A DNA stretch of 64,000 nucleotides, from NCBI RefSeq assembly GCF_009914755.1, contig NC_060927.1; one strand, written 5' to 3'. Source of the stretch: the human T2T-CHM13v2.0 reference genome, Homo sapiens. The position numbers and the translations under genes were made by a program. The stretch's first letter is position 1; every line of letters begins with the position of its first letter. The notes beneath the pieces are model-generated. The model did not search any database, was not told the DNA's origin, and worked only from the letters and a program-made list of their open reading frames with translations. Below, piece after piece: positions 63,549-64,000 of the stretch.

Positions 63549-63632
63549 GGATCTAAAACTCTTCCAAGTTTATGTTGAAACTTTTCTTTGAAATCATCTG
63601 CTCTTTTGGATACAAACTTAGCTCCTCTTTTC
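63549..63632 (-). CDS. EFHB: EFHB internal coding exon (KRGAKFVSKRADDFKEKFQHKLGRVLDP)
   Basis: 84 bp, CAG acceptor, GTAAG donor, phase 2-2. Open frame continues into the next exon; peptide recognised as EFHB. Upstream exons lie beyond the window. Confidence 0.88.
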
Positions 63633-63907
63633 CTGCAAAATTAGAACATTATCAGGTATCTCTATTACCTAAAGTATTCTTGGCTGCCAAATATACATGA
63701 GGCGAAGAATACCATAGTATCATTAGGCCTTCCAGGAACAAATGTAGTTTCAAAAGAAACTCTCTGCTAAAAAGAAAGTTTTATGTGTTCATTTTTCTTT
63801 CATTTACACTAAAATAAAATAAACCTTGATTAATGAATAAGGTAAGCAAACAATATTTTTAGTAAATAAAACAAGGTGTTAATATCACTATTGTAAGTGT
63901 AGCTCCT

Positions 63908-64000
63908 GGCCGGGCACAGTGGCTCACTGCTGTAATCCCAACACTTTGGGAGGCTGAGGTGGGCAGATGGCTTGAGCTCAGTAGTTTGAGACTAGCCTGG
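63908..64000 (+). mobile_element. Alu 5' part, cut by the window edge
   Basis: GGCCGGGCACAGTGGCTCAC start. Confidence 0.85.

Overview
Primate (human-like) nuclear DNA, with no prokaryotic systems. About 43.5-64 kb holds the 3' part of EFHB (EF-hand domain family member B) on the minus strand. Seven coding exons join in frame to a TGA, followed by a short 3'UTR and AATAAA, and the joining requires one GC-AG intron that splits the first EF-hand loop. About 1-41 kb is intergenic and almost entirely retroelements. It includes nested L1s, among them a full-length ~6.0-kb L1PA3/PA2-type copy with a 15-bp TSD that lacks the ZNF93-bound 5'UTR segment. It also holds a rare SVA2 VNTR element and a HERV-W copy that starts at the R region and is truncated in RT. 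A THE1 internal region is flanked by two different LTRs (MLT2A and THE1) with a near-matching 5-bp TSD. The longest intron contains an ancient ERVL-class pol remnant with a hidden ~2x120-bp fold-back palindrome, masked by an Alu insertion. Subfamily names come from recalled consensus features and need RepeatMasker/Dfam confirmation.
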